From: Basidiobolus meristosporus CBS 931.73
Lineage: Eukaryota; Fungi; Basidiobolomycota
Reading direction: 5' to 3'
Length of the DNA stretch: 53,433 bases
Assembly: GCA_002104905.1 (NCBI GenBank)
Contig: MCFE01000608.1
Location: 1 to 53,433 of the forward strand
Shown here: positions 1-11,049 of the stretch, in pieces
How the letters are laid out: every line of letters begins with the position of its first letter
Position numbering within the stretch: the first letter of the stretch is position 1
Made by a program: the position numbers and the translations under genes
Notes under the pieces: generated by a model
What the model was told of the DNA's origin: nothing
The model's database searches: none
What the model saw: the letters and a program-made list of their open reading frames with translations, nothing else

Positions 1-465
1 TCAACTCCAAAAATCCACAAATGAGTTGATACAAGCATGGATTTCTCGCAAGATGCTTCAAAATAACTCCTGTTGGGCAACTATCATTGGGTGCCCAAAA
101 GTCCAGCAATTTGCCAAAGCAATAGAGGGGAGTAAAAACCCCAAAGAAGCATATAGCAAGTATCTTAATCAACTATGGCAAGAGTATGTAACTCAGCAAA
201 CCCCATTTCTTTGCTTTATATCACCAATTGGCAAAAGCACATCACAATACATAGATCATAAGTTATTATTGCTAGTGCTACCGCCACTCCCTCTCAACAC
301 TCTATTTAATGCAGAGGAACTACAAGAAATAGCAACCTATCTACATATTAACCCAAAGTGTCTGTACAAATATGTTACAAGACTCCAGAATCAATCCCTG
401 ACTTCTTTATTTTCACAATGATTGACAATAAAGATTACACCAACCGGTGGTTTCCCCCCCCCTAA
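1..465 (+). mobile_element. 3' end of a non-LTR retrotransposon (LINE), cut by the window start
   Basis: ORF 26-421 (LWQEYVTQQTPFL...VLPPLPLNTLFNAEEL) is homologous to the C-terminus of the LINE at 4689-5009 (MWQSYLQVHTPFL...VLPPKPLNFIF). It ends in AATAAA (427), a hairpin and a C-run-TAA. Confidence 0.8.
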
Positions 466-850
466 GGCTCTGATTGGCTGAAATCCTTGAAATGCTAATT
501 GGCCAGATTTGCCTAGTAAATTTGGTCAGTGATTGCCCAGAAATTCATCTCAGTTCCCCCAGTCTACTGGCCATTCCGGCCACAATTCAGCTACCGCAAA
601 CCAGTATAACTTAGCTCAGATATATTCAGATTCTCACCTCTCAGGCCTGGCTTTCCAGGAAACCTCTTTCAAACCTAGCTAACTAGGAAATATAGTACCA
701 CTCAGCTTCTCAACTCTCAAACCTGGCTTACCAGGAAGATATCTCTCAGACCTAGCTTTCTAGGAATAACTTCAGATTAACTTGGCTTCTTTAGATACTT
801 GTCATAAGTAAATAAAGATTTCACCACTTGGTGACTTTCCTCCCCCCTAA
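466..850 (+). mobile_element. Non-autonomous, hairpin-rich SINE-like unit, copy a
   Basis: Near-identical to 980-1149 + 1852-2063 and to 2176-2556. No ORF; it ends in the LINE-type 3' tail. Confidence 0.7.
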
Positions 851-921
851 CAACAGTAGCGCTGGCTTCTTTGTTTCAACTAAAATAAAGATTTCACCTG
901 TTGGTGACTGTCTCCCCCTAA
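851..921 (+). mobile_element. Severely 5'-truncated LINE 3' end (~70 bp)
   Basis: Matches 5681-5750 (caacagtag.gctggcttctttgttt.aact.aaataaagatttca) and carries the same tail. Confidence 0.7.
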
Positions 922-2063
922 GTAAACTGATGTGTGCTCATTGGGGGATGGCTTGATCAGCCATTGGGCAAAGTAAAGGCTCTGATTGGCTGAAATCCTT
1001 GAAATGCTAATTGGCCAGATTTACCTAGCAAATTTGGCCAGTGGTTGCCCAGAAATTCATCTCAGTCCCCCCAGTCTACTGGCCATTCCGGCCATAATTC
1101 AGCTACCTCAAACCAGTATAACTTAGCTCAGATATATTCAGATTCTCACTGTTGTGCATCAACATTTAAAACTTTGCCAATTTTACTCCGTTTGAAAATC
1201 TAGTACCCTAACTGATTTTCCCTAACCCAAACATAACAAATCCCAGTTACAGTTTATTTGATCCCACCTCAGAGTCTATTTTTAGCTATCACACCTGATC
1301 TATTTTCAAATGGTCATCACGTTATCAACCTATCTGCCAAGCCTTCCCAGGTGATTAGTCATCTGAGATCTATCCAACCACTGTGCAGTTGCCAAGACAT
1401 CAGTTGATTGATGATGTAATTTTCATTTATCTTATGCACCTATGAACACCCAAATTGATTTCAATCAATCCAGTCCCTTGGCGCTTACTAATTCAACTTG
1501 ATCAGAAAAGTATAAATAAAGTGTACTGAACCTTTTGGTTTAGTGTGTGTCTCAACAAAATTAAGATTCTGTCTCAGCAAAAATAAGAATCCAACAATTC
1601 CGTTCTAGTTTCTATCCAAGCCTAGTATATCTAGCACTCCAAAGAACACCAAGCCTAGCCTGCCTAGCAAACAAATATCATTGCCTTTATAGCCAACCCA
1701 GCTATATCCAAGACCAATATTAGATCAGAATCTTTCTGCTAATATTTCCGCCACTCTCTGACAATTCTAAGATTCTGCACTTAATTGTCCCTTTGGTTCA
1801 GTTAAACCATTCAAGAGTTTTATTACACTATCTCTTGGATACAACACTCACTTCTCAGGCCTGGCTTTCCAGGAAGCATCTCTCAGACCTAGCTAACTAG
1901 GAAATATAGTACCACTCAGCTTCTCAACTCCCAAACCTGGCTTACCAGGAAGATATCTCTCAGACCTAGCTTCCTAGGATTTACTTTAGACCAACTATGC
2001 TTCTTTAGATACTAATCATAAGTAAATAAAGATTTCACCACTTGGTGGCTTTCCTCCCCCTAA
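922..2063 (+). mobile_element. SINE-like unit, copy b, interrupted by a solo LTR
   Basis: Removing 1150-1846 and one CTCAC copy regenerates tctcacttctcagg, exactly as in copy c at 2341. Confidence 0.75.
1150..1846. mobile_element. Solo LTR (697 bp) with a 5-bp TSD
   Basis: Termini TGTTGT...ACAACA; CTCAC at 1145-1149 and 1847-1851; empty site present in the paralogous units; a reverse-strand fragment of the same terminus at 5383-5474. Confidence 0.8.
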
Positions 2064-2556
2064 CCCTTCCATACCCATGGTTTTGGGTTCAAATTCTGGA
2101 TCCAGCAAAATTTGATTAATAAATTGATGTGTGCCTATTGGGAGATGGCTTGATCAGCCATTGGGCAAAGTAAAGGCTCTGATTGGCTGAAATCCTTAAA
2201 ATTCTACTTGGCCAGATTTGCCTAATAAATTTGGCCAGTGATTGCCAAGAAATTGATCTCAGTTCCCCCAGTCTACTGGCCATTCCAGTCACTATTCAGT
2301 TACTGCAAACCAGTATAACTTAGCTCAGATATATTCAGATTCTCACTTCTCAGGCCTGGCTTTCCAGGAAACCTCTCTCAGACCTAGCTAACTAGGAAAT
2401 ATAGTACCACTCAGCTACTCAACTCTCAGACCTGGCTTACCTGGAAAATATATCTCAGACCTAGCTTTCTAGGAATAACTTCAGATTAACTTGGCTTCTT
2501 TTGATACTTGTCATAAGTAAATAAATATTTCACCACTTGGTGACTTTCCTCCCCTA
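2064..2556 (+). mobile_element. SINE-like unit, copy c (longest 5' end)
   Basis: Direct repeat of copies a and b, with the same 3' tail. Confidence 0.7.
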
Positions 2557-5097
2557 TATTCTCCACCCTGAAAATATTAGCACTATTTCATCCAGACTTA
2601 GAACCCAAGAGGAGCACTTTACAAAGTTCCTCTGACAAAACCATCTGGTCACTCTAAACACTCAGCAAGTTCAACATTATGCTGACTGGGTAACAGCTAC
2701 TCCAGCTGCCTTTCAGTATATCCACCAGGCCACAAGCATTCCAGAGGATATCAGCTGTTGTTCACTAGAGAAATCTGATCACAAGCCAATACATATTATC
2801 ATTTCTGCCAGAAAAACCCTACAAATTGGCACCCTTCTTCAGCCATTTACAATCCTGCCAGCCAAAGCTTCAGTATCACAGACACAGGACTTTACCAACT
2901 ACCTATCCTTGCTTACAGAATATGCATTTCCCAGCTTACCTGCATGGATTTGTGATGATATAAATGCATTATGGCTATTTTACCAGCATTTCATCATAAT
3001 CACTGGCTGTCTGGCCCTGCCCACCAAGTCCTACCAAAAGCCATCTGCAAACCAACTTAAATGGAAATCCATCATTTCAGCCTTAAACTCCAGCTACCTA
3101 TGTTTCCCTGACCCAAAAACACAGAAACTCCTGGAAAGCGCAATCTCCTACTCCAAGTCACTACAGATCACTGAGCATACTAGATTATGGGCTCATATCA
3201 TGGATACCTTGCCCTTGGTAAATATGAATGCCACCACAAGGTCTATATCAAGAGTATACAAAGCCATGAGACCCCAAGCAAGGAGTATACCATCACCAGA
3301 AAAACTGGCCCCTATATTCTTTGATTCATCTGTGCATCCCACTCCTCCTTTCTACCATACTGGTAACATATCCAGCAGTCCAACATCTCCAATTTTGATT
3401 TCAGCAAAGCTTCTGGAGAAAATTTTAAAGAAGCTTCCTGCAAATACTGCACCTGGACATGACTTGATTACCTACAATCTACTCCAGGTGTGCTACTCCA
3501 AAATGAGTCACTTACTTATCCCACTCTACTCTATCTGTGCCCAACAATTGACTACCCCAAAGGCCTGGTCACAGGCAATGTAATACCCTTATACAAAGGG
3601 AAGGGGAAACACTCACTCCCAGGTTCTTACCGGCCAGTTTCACTCCTACCAACCTGCTGGAAAATCTTTGAGCTTATAATAGCAAGATCCTTGCAATCTC
3701 AACTATGTTCATTCCATCCTTCTCAGTTTGGCTTCTTGCCCAAACTCTCCTTGGATATGGCTGTAGTGCTAAGCCATGATCATTCACCTTAATTCTCATT
3801 GCCAACCATTCTGTTTGACATTACTAGAGCCTTTGACTCTGTTGACAGAGCTCTGCTTTGGAGAAAGCTACTAGCAGCTACCACACTACCAATGACCCTT
3901 CTTGTATGTCCTCTATTTTGTGAGAACTCAGCCAAAATTTTGCATCCAAGTTGCACATCAGAGATTTATGAGGTTCCAAATGGTGTAGTCCAAGGATCTG
4001 TACTAGGTCCCTTACTAATTGTGATATTTCAACACAACTTTCGTTTATTTCCAAAAGGCCCCTGACCAGACTCTCCCTATCCACTACTAACTCTCTGTGC
4101 TGACAATATTAAGATTGCTACTCCTAATCCCATAACAGACACTGCCATCATTGGGAAGTACTTGGCTGCCAGCAACCTCTCACTCTCAATTTCCAAGACA
4201 ATTCCAGTTGAGTGCACTACAACTATACAGAGCACTAGCATTCTGCCACAACAAACTGCAATATATCTAGGTCTGCCATTTTGTCAACATGGGATTGACT
4301 CAAAGCTCCACCTGAATAATAGGATCAGTCTTGCCCAACAGGCTCTTAAAAAGCTTCTGGTAGTAGTCACTCCGGAGACTCCAATTCAAAAGATCCCTAT
4401 ACCTCTGAAGCAGTATGTACTGCTGGTACTTGAATTTAGTCTCCACATTATACCCCTAACCTCCAGAGAACTTCACCACCTGGATAAATTTCTCCATCAG
4501 TGTATCAGATCCTTGGTACCTTATCTCTCAGTATCTCCCTATATCCATGCAACTAATGGAGCCTTTGGGTTCTACCCATACCAAATCCAAATGGTCTATC
4601 TCTGTACTTCCTTCCTAGTCAAACTTCAGAAATCACATAACCCCTCCATCAAACAATGGCTTAAATCTAACTCCTCCCTGAAATCTTCTTGCTGGCACAC
4701 CCTGGTTGGCTCTGCTGTAGTAACAGAGCTTGCTTCAAAACTCAAAAAGCTGAGAAACCAAGACTACTGGCTCAGGACCATCTAAGATCTATGTGGCAGA
4801 GCTACTTACAAGTCCACACACCTTTCCTACTACACCTAATCCCAGGCTGGGTTCCAGTCTTGGATTATATTGATCAGAAACATCTACAATTTGTACTTCC
4901 CCCAAAACCCTTGAATTTTATATTTACCCCTGACAAACTTTACTTTATTGAAACTAAGATTAGAGATGAAACAAAACATAAATTAGATTACTTATTAGAG
5001 AGGCTCTAGACCTCTTAATTGGCTTCTTTATTTGTACTTAGATTAGTTATTAACTCAAATAAAGATTTTGCCAACTTGGTGACTTTCCCTCCCCTAA
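2557..5097 (+). mobile_element. 5'-truncated, degenerate LINE (APE endonuclease C-terminus + reverse transcriptase)
   Basis: EKSDHKPI (APE SDH motif, ~2770); YRPVSLLP; LFDITRAFDSV; GVVQGSVLGPLL; degraded YADD (CADN, ~4097). Broken into several ORFs by frameshifts and stops; 3' tail at 5058-5097. Confidence 0.92.
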
Positions 5098-5100
5098 CCC

Positions 5101-5382
5101 TTGGCAGCAGTATCTGAAGCAGCACACTCTATTTATGATGAGTATCAATTCTTATTACATTCCCCTTTTAATGTTGTTCACAAATTGTTCTTACCTCTCT
5201 GCTACCCCCCTTCCCACTGAACAGTGTCTTGAGTGCAGAAGAACTATCATCTCTCCTTATTCACTTACCTACAAATTCCCCTCAGCTACACACTCTTGTA
5301 TCAAAGCTACAACAGTTGTGCTGGCTTCTTTGCTTCAACTGAAATAAAGATTTCACCTGTTGGTGACTGTCTCCCCACCTAA
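5101..5382 (+). mobile_element. 5'-truncated LINE 3' end (related subfamily)
   Basis: Translates as WQQYLKQHTLF...LLPPFPLNSVLSAEEL, homologous to the C-terminus of ORF 26-421; shared tail. Confidence 0.75.
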
Positions 5383-5474
5383 GGTATTAGTTATGGTTAG
5401 GTTAGGGAAGATCAGTTAGGGTACTAGATTTTCTAATGCAGTGAAATTGGCTGTTTAAATGTTGATCCACAACA
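5383..5474 (-). mobile_element. Terminal fragment of the 1150-1846 LTR family
   Basis: The reverse complement aligns with 1150-1240 (tgttgtg.atcaacatttaaa...gaaaatctagtaccctaactgat). Confidence 0.75.
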
Positions 5475-5757
5475 GGCAACAATATCAAAACAACACACTG
5501 CCTTTATGATGTATATCAATCCTTAGCATATTTGTCTTATCAGCATTGTTCTCAAATCATTCTTACCCCTTTGGCTTCCCCCCTTCTCACTGACTCTGTC
5601 TTGAGCACTAAAGGACCATCTTCTCTCCTTATTAACTTACATACAAATTCCCCTCAACCACACACTCTTGTATCAAGCTACAACAGTAGTGCTGGCTTCT
5701 TTGTTTTAACTGAAATAAAGATTTCAGCTGTTGGTGACTGTTTCCCCCCTACCCTAA
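5475..5757 (+). mobile_element. 5'-truncated LINE 3' end, second copy of 5101-5382
   Basis: Direct repeat of 5101-5382 with the same tail. Confidence 0.75.
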
Positions 5758-5859
5758 TCCTTAAGGCATTGGTAGGAGCTAGAGTGAATAAGCCAACAAG
5801 AGTATACAGATGCAAATGTAAGTCCCAAATTACTGAGAACTGTTGTAAAAATTTGTAAT

Positions 5860-6190
5860 CCCACCTGAATTCTCACCTTAGTTACTCTGATCAGTACCTA
5901 CAAGTCTTAGATAATACTGATAAAATACCTTGTTGGGATTTACTTCAAACATTCTCAACAAAACATCAGGTATCCAGAACATGAAAATTCTCAAAGTTGT
6001 CAAAACAGCCTCAAACTTTGCACACATGTTCTTGGGATCTTTCTAAGCCTATTTTACATGCTTATTATGCCAAGTCCATGTAAAAGTATAAATACTACTT
6101 TTACATTCAATAAACAATTAAGTGAAAACCACATAATGTACCCGTTCTCCCAATCACTTCCAATATCTCCAATGACTCTTACAACAATTT
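5860..6190 (-). repeat. Dispersed ~250-300 bp AT-rich repeat family
   Basis: The reverse complement matches 41900-42230 (aagcttggggctgtttggacaact; gtaaaagtagtatttatacttttacatgg). Boundaries approximate. Confidence 0.7.
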
Positions 6191-6823
6191 CAGCCCTGGT
6201 GACTTATCCTACCTGTTCCCAATATACATACTAACGCCCCTCAGCTTCAAGTACTTATATGTTGGCTACAGAACTAACACTGGCATCTATATTTCACTTG
6301 AAGTAAGGACTCAGGCATAAGAATGCAAATGGCAATCAGTACTTGACGTGCAACAATATGGATATTAGGCATTTATTGTTAGTATGGCCCGACTTACTTT
6401 TGCAGATTTCATTCTAATATTTAGTGGCATTAAGTTCAATTATCAACATGATTGGCAGAACTTCATTAATAACTCAGTAGGACTATCGGTGGTGCGGTGG
6501 TAGACTTACAGTTTCACAAACCCATGAGCACCTCAGTCTCCGAATATTTCTCGCCCAGAATTATGATTAACCTTTGATTCTTGCTTGATAACACATTACT
6601 AGTTTGGAAGTCTTGTTGCAATATTCGTTATCTATACCTGCCAATATGCATTAAAATAGAACTCCTCGGATCTATTCATTGATAATACACCAAAAATATC
6701 TCAATGCTTTCTTAAAACATTCATTTATTCTAAGATGCAAGGCTAAGACTACATGAAATAATCACAGATTTATAATTAGTGTACATTGTTAAATACATGA
6801 ATATAGTGTTCTCAATTCGCTAT

Positions 6824-8764
6824 TTAATCCAACTCTTCAACAGTTGGTTTACCGCTATCGGCACCAGGGAATCCACCAGGGGCGGCACCTCCAGGGAACC
6901 CTCCTGGAGCAGCACCTGGAGCACCACCAGCAGCTTGGTACATATTGGTCATGATGGGGTTGGCAACGCCTTCCAACTCCTTTTGCTTGTCTTCGTATTC
7001 CTCCTTAGAGGCTTCTTGGCTGTTGTCCAACCAGCTGATGGTGCTGTTGATGGCTTCCTCAAGCTTCTTCTTGTCATCAACCTCCAATTGCCCTGCAACC
7101 TTCTCGTCTTGAATGGTGTTGCGGAGAGAATAGGCATAGGACTCAAGTCCGTTCTTGGCAGAAATACGAGAGGCAGCGGCTTCATCCTCAGCCTTGTACT
7201 TCTCGGCCTCAGACACCATGCGCTCGATATCCTCCTTGGAGAGACGCCCCTTATCATTGGTAATGGTGATCTTGTTTGAGCGACCAGTGGTCTTGTCCAA
7301 AGCAGACACGTTTAAGATACCGTTGGCATCAACATCAAAGGTAACCTCGATTTGAGGAACTCCACGAGGAGCAGGTGGGATACCGGTAAGCTCGAATTTG
7401 CCAAGGATATTGTTGTCCTTGGTACGGGCACGCTCACCTTCAAAGACCTGAATCAACACTCCAGGCTGGTTATCCGCATAGGTAGAGAAGGTCTCGGACT
7501 TCTTAGTAGGGACGGTGGTGTTTCTCTTGATCAAGGGAGTCATCACTCCTCCCGCTGTCTCAATACCCAAGGAGAGAGGAGCAACATCGAGCAAAAGCAA
7601 GTCTTGAGTCTTCTCAGAGGTATCACCAGATAAGATAGCCGCTTGGACAGCGGCACCATAGGCAACAGCCTCATCAGGGTTGATGGATTTGTTGGGCTCC
7701 TTGCCGTTGAAGTAATCAGAGACGAGTTTCTGGATCTTGGGGATACGGGTGGATCCTCCAACAAGGACAATCTCGTGGACATTGGATTTGTCAATTTTGG
7801 AGTCACGAAGAACCTTCTCGACAGGGTCCATGGTGGAACGGAACAAGTCTTGGCAGAGTTCCTCGAATCTGGCACGAGTCAAGGAGGTGTAGAAGTCAAT
7901 CCCCTCGAACAAGGAGTCAATCTCAATGGAGGTTTGAGCAGCAGATGAAAGGGTTCTCTTAGCACGCTCACATGCAGTTCTGAGACGACGAAGGGCGCGA
8001 GCATTGCTGGACAAGTCCTTCTTGTTCTTACGCTTGAACTCTTGGACGAAGTGGTTGACAAGACGATTATCGAAATCTTCACCACCCAAGTGAGTATCAC
8101 CAGCAGTGGCCTTGACTTCGAAGATACCATCCTCAATGGTCAAGAGGGAGACATCGAAGGTACCTCCTCCGAGATCGAAAATGAGGACATTCTTCTCACC
8201 ACTGGTCTTTTGGTCAAGACCGTAGGCAATGGCGGCGGCGGTAGGCTCGTTGATGATACGAAGAACATTCATACCAGCAATAGCTCCGGCATCCTTAGTA
8301 GCTTGGCGCTGAGAGTCGTTGAAGTAGGCAGGAACGGTGATAACGGCGCTCTTCACCTCACCACCGAGATAGGCCTCAGCGGTCTCTCTCATCTTTAACA
8401 AGATCATGGAGGAGATTTCTTCAGGAGTGAAGGTCTTGCTCTCACCCTTGTATTCAACTTGGATCAGGGGCTTGGAGTCCTTCTCAACAACCTTGAAAGG
8501 CCAGTGCTTCATATCGGATTGGACCTCGGAGTCGTTGAAACGACGACCAATGAGGCGCTTGGCATCGAACACACTGTTGGTAGGGTTCATGGCAACTTGG
8601 TTCTTGGCGGCATCACCGATGAGGCGCTCAGAGTCAGTGAAAGCAACATAGGAGGGAGTGGTTCTGTTACCCTGGTCGTTGGCAATAATCTCTACACGAT
8701 CGTTTTGCCAGACACCAACGCAGGAGTAGGTGGTTCCCAAATCAATTCCGACAGCTTTAGACAT
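6824..8764 (-). CDS. HSP70: Cytosolic Hsp70 chaperone (SSA type), 646 aa, intronless
   Basis: [24 protein letters not shown] and [14 protein letters not shown] signatures; GGAP repeats; C-terminal EELD. Confidence 0.99.
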   Translation of the reverse strand: MSKAVGIDLGTTYSCVGVWQNDRVEIIANDQGNRTTPSYVAFTDSERLIGDAAKNQVAMNPTNSVFDAKRLIGRRFNDSEVQSDMKHWPFKVVEKDSKPLIQVEYKGESKTFTPEEISSMILLKMRETAEAYLGGEVKSAVITVPAYFNDSQRQATKDAGAIAGMNVLRIINEPTAAAIAYGLDQKTSGEKNVLIFDLGGGTFDVSLLTIEDGIFEVKATAGDTHLGGEDFDNRLVNHFVQEFKRKNKKDLSSNARALRRLRTACERAKRTLSSAAQTSIEIDSLFEGIDFYTSLTRARFEELCQDLFRSTMDPVEKVLRDSKIDKSNVHEIVLVGGSTRIPKIQKLVSDYFNGKEPNKSINPDEAVAYGAAVQAAILSGDTSEKTQDLLLLDVAPLSLGIETAGGVMTPLIKRNTTVPTKKSETFSTYADNQPGVLIQVFEGERARTKDNNILGKFELTGIPPAPRGVPQIEVTFDVDANGILNVSALDKTTGRSNKITITNDKGRLSKEDIERMVSEAEKYKAEDEAAASRISAKNGLESYAYSLRNTIQDEKVAGQLEVDDKKKLEEAINSTISWLDNSQEASKEEYEDKQKELEGVANPIMTNMYQAAGGAPGAAPGGFPGGAAPGGFPGADSGKPTVEELD

Positions 8765-8848
8765 GGTGATTTATGTAATTAAGAATAGATGTAATAGTAT
8801 ATGGTATTAGAATGTGTTGAATGTCGAACCAGTTCGGAGCTAGTGAGC

Positions 8849-8910
8849 TTTTATATTAAACTGAAATTCGGGATTTTTCTCATAAATTCTAGCTTGTTCC
8901 TCGATCATTC
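8849..8910 (-). promoter_or_regulatory. HSP70 promoter: TATA box and step-type heat-shock element
   Basis: TATAAAA on the minus strand at 8849-8855; TTC triplets at 8867, 8877, 8887 and 8897 (exact 10-bp period), plus one at 8908. Confidence 0.6.
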
Positions 8911-11049
8911 CACCAATCATCATCAAGTATCGGATAATCAATAAGACAATTTATGCTGTTCGTGATTTACATGCACTTGGAGCGATAGTGTGTGTCAAGC
9001 TAGAGTTAACCGCCGGTGGCAGATCAAGGCAGTGGAAAAACTCTGCTGCTGGATAAACCGCTGGATAAACCGTATTAATGGCATAGATAATCATCCTTGC
9101 TTAACCTAACCCTGCTTGTTTCACTGGTAACAAGCACAGACAAGGGTAGTGGCACCATTACATACTCGATTGTGGTTACTGTTAGAGTTAAGCCACCAAA
9201 AAGTCTGGCTTCTATTGGAGCCATATACAAGTGATGTTCAAAAGCCAGTGACAGGATCTACTGGAGAGAATAGAAAATCCGGGTAACTGTGGCTGGCATG
9301 AAGTAAGTACTTGGACTCAATGATGAATTATGTCAATTATCTAATTCTTCTCAAGGCTGGCACATCAAGAAATTTGGGGACTCTTCTAGTGCTCATTCTT
9401 TCTGTATGCAAGAACCCTTTTCATCTTCGACAGTTCTATAACTCCAACCTTTATCATCACCATGGCTAAGTCTACCCTTTTTGGACTACATTTGATGATG
9501 TGTTGAGTGTAAAAGGTCCATTTGTATTTTTACTAGATTTGGCAAAAAATACTGTATTCTGCAACATGCCAATGTAATAGCTATGTGACATTCAGCTAAA
9601 ATCATGTTCTTACTATTTTGTACACTTCAGCAATTGGCTATAAGCAAATTCTTTGAATCCTCCATGTCACTTCTCTTAGAAAAGCTGTCTAGATGGGAGT
9701 ATCTGAAGTAACCACAGTGAAAAGTACCAACTTTGGACTTGGAGGAAATTTAGCCATGGATATTAGTTACCACTTGTATCATTGTTGGTCAGATTCCATT
9801 GATTGGTCAAATGGCACAGGTGATGAGTCAACACACCAATGGCAAAACCAAGTGTCCTGGGCTTTATACTTCCATATTGATGGTACTAAAGCTCACTGTG
9901 TTTGCTTGTTTCACACAGTAACTTTAGATTGCCTTCAGCCACACATTTGCTGCAATACATGTCAGTTATATTCCCCCCCACTCTGTAAACCACAGCAATT
10001 ACATTCCAATCATGTATCAGAACATCCCAGTTGTCTTAGGTGCTACCAGCCTACAAGGTATATCTGTTGCTGATTATGTACTCAACATCTCCAACCTGGC
10101 TTTCCCATCAAAAGTCTGAGCCATTACTTATAATTCCTCCAAGCCAGCTGCACAAGTCCTCACTTCTGAGGGAAGAATTATATGCAGATCATACCACAGC
10201 TATCCAGCATAAATATATCACATCTGAGAATCCTTGTTTTTTGTCAAACTGAGTGCAGATAGAAAAGTCTATCTTTGGTAGTTGATTATTTCTGAATTCA
10301 GGCTTTTTCTGTTATCATCTTTCATTTTGAAGCACTATCTGATGTTTGTCCTGTCCTTATGCAGCAGCTGTAGAAAGGTTGCTGCTGCCTTTGAAGGCAC
10401 TGATTACCTCATGTGGTGACTATCATTGCTTATTAAGGCATTTTCTTCTCCCATCTAAATCACACTGAACTTCCTTAGTGCTTTATCCAGGAGCCTTCTA
10501 TATATGTGATTTAAGGTCAGATCTTCAGTTCTGGACTCTAGGGCTGATGCAATGCCCTGAAACTTGCCTTTCAGACTATTCAGATGGTAACTATTACACC
10601 TTCATCAGTAGTTTGTAGACTCACTGATTCCATCTCATCAAGCAACTGAGTAATTCTGCTAATTAAACTTTTCTTTACTTATCCTGGGAGCATCTTTGCA
10701 GTAAAGAACTCTTGTCTAAGATATATTTTCTTAGCAGCTGGGCATGGCTGGTAGCTGTCTTCAATGCCTTCAGGCATTCTTTGTACTTTTGCTCTGAGCA
10801 TTGAATCTACATTTGTCTTTAACAATGGGACATATGCAGCTGAAGGCACTTTGTTCTTTCCTTTGGTACTTTTAGGATGGCATTCCTCACTCCATGACAA
10901 TATCTCAAAGGCCTCTGTCCTGTAGCAGCATCTTTATCTCCACCTTTAGACTTGGTAGTTAGATTTGTCCAACTTCTGAACAGGGGAAAACCCCAATTAC
11001 AACTAGCAGTAAACATTCTCAGAGAATGACAGCTTGGGGCTTATAGCCT

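Noticed and set aside
641-790. Palindromic 22-bp repeats with spacers, resembling a CRISPR array
   Set aside because: Only four units, the spacers are not unique (the whole block is triplicated), the context is eukaryotic and there are no cas genes.
6779-8782. Chain of + strand ORFs antisense to HSP70 (6779, 7352, 7643, 8042, 8459)
   Set aside because: Known shadow ORFs produced by the biased codon usage of Hsp70 genes (the spurious antisense 'NAD-GDH' frame); they have no independent motifs.
9200-11020. Possible Ty3 integrase remnant (NGPF-like stretch on the minus strand)
   Set aside because: No other RT, RNase H or integrase motifs are readable. CpG depletion suggests a dead TE, but I cannot support a family call.
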